Source of the DNA: Girardia tigrina
Taxonomy: Eukaryota
DNA: 50,821 nt
Assembly (NCBI GenBank): GCA_001938485.1
Contig: MQRK01213622.1
Span: forward strand, 102,768-153,588
Direction of reading: 5' to 3'
Positions 50,791 to 50,821 of the stretch are shown here, one piece after another. Numbering within the stretch: the first letter of the stretch is position 1; each line of letters starts with the position of its first letter. A program made the translations under genes and the position numbers. The notes beneath the pieces are model-generated. The model saw nothing but the letters and a program-made list of their open reading frames with translations, ran no database searches and was not told the origin of the DNA.

Positions 50791-50821
<31 letters not shown>

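Overview
Very AT-rich metazoan genomic DNA (it carries a metazoan-type SRP RNA copy) from a gapped draft assembly. Most of the window appears to be the long introns of a plus-strand host gene, for which three phase-compatible exons are visible (12946-13065, 30242-30360, 39488-39524). The introns are packed with nested transposable-element remains: Penelope-like elements with minimal hammerhead ribozymes, two RTE-like LINE copies with C-terminal C2H2 fingers, a Gypsy pol/integrase remnant, Tc1/mariner/maT/pogo and hAT-like DNA transposons, and Helitron ends. The least obvious signal is that much apparently featureless AT-rich DNA resolves into two families of solo-LTR-like elements with 5-bp target-site duplications (TSDs). 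Family 1 (360-500 bp, at least 6 copies) is entirely minus-oriented, often has non-canonical TG...TA ends, and has very divergent interiors. Family 2 is about 900-940 bp. One locus is a three-level nest (family 1 in family 2 in Gypsy pol). A 3'-truncated 7SL copy sits inside a maT-like transposon. All calls are from manual reading; no searches were run.
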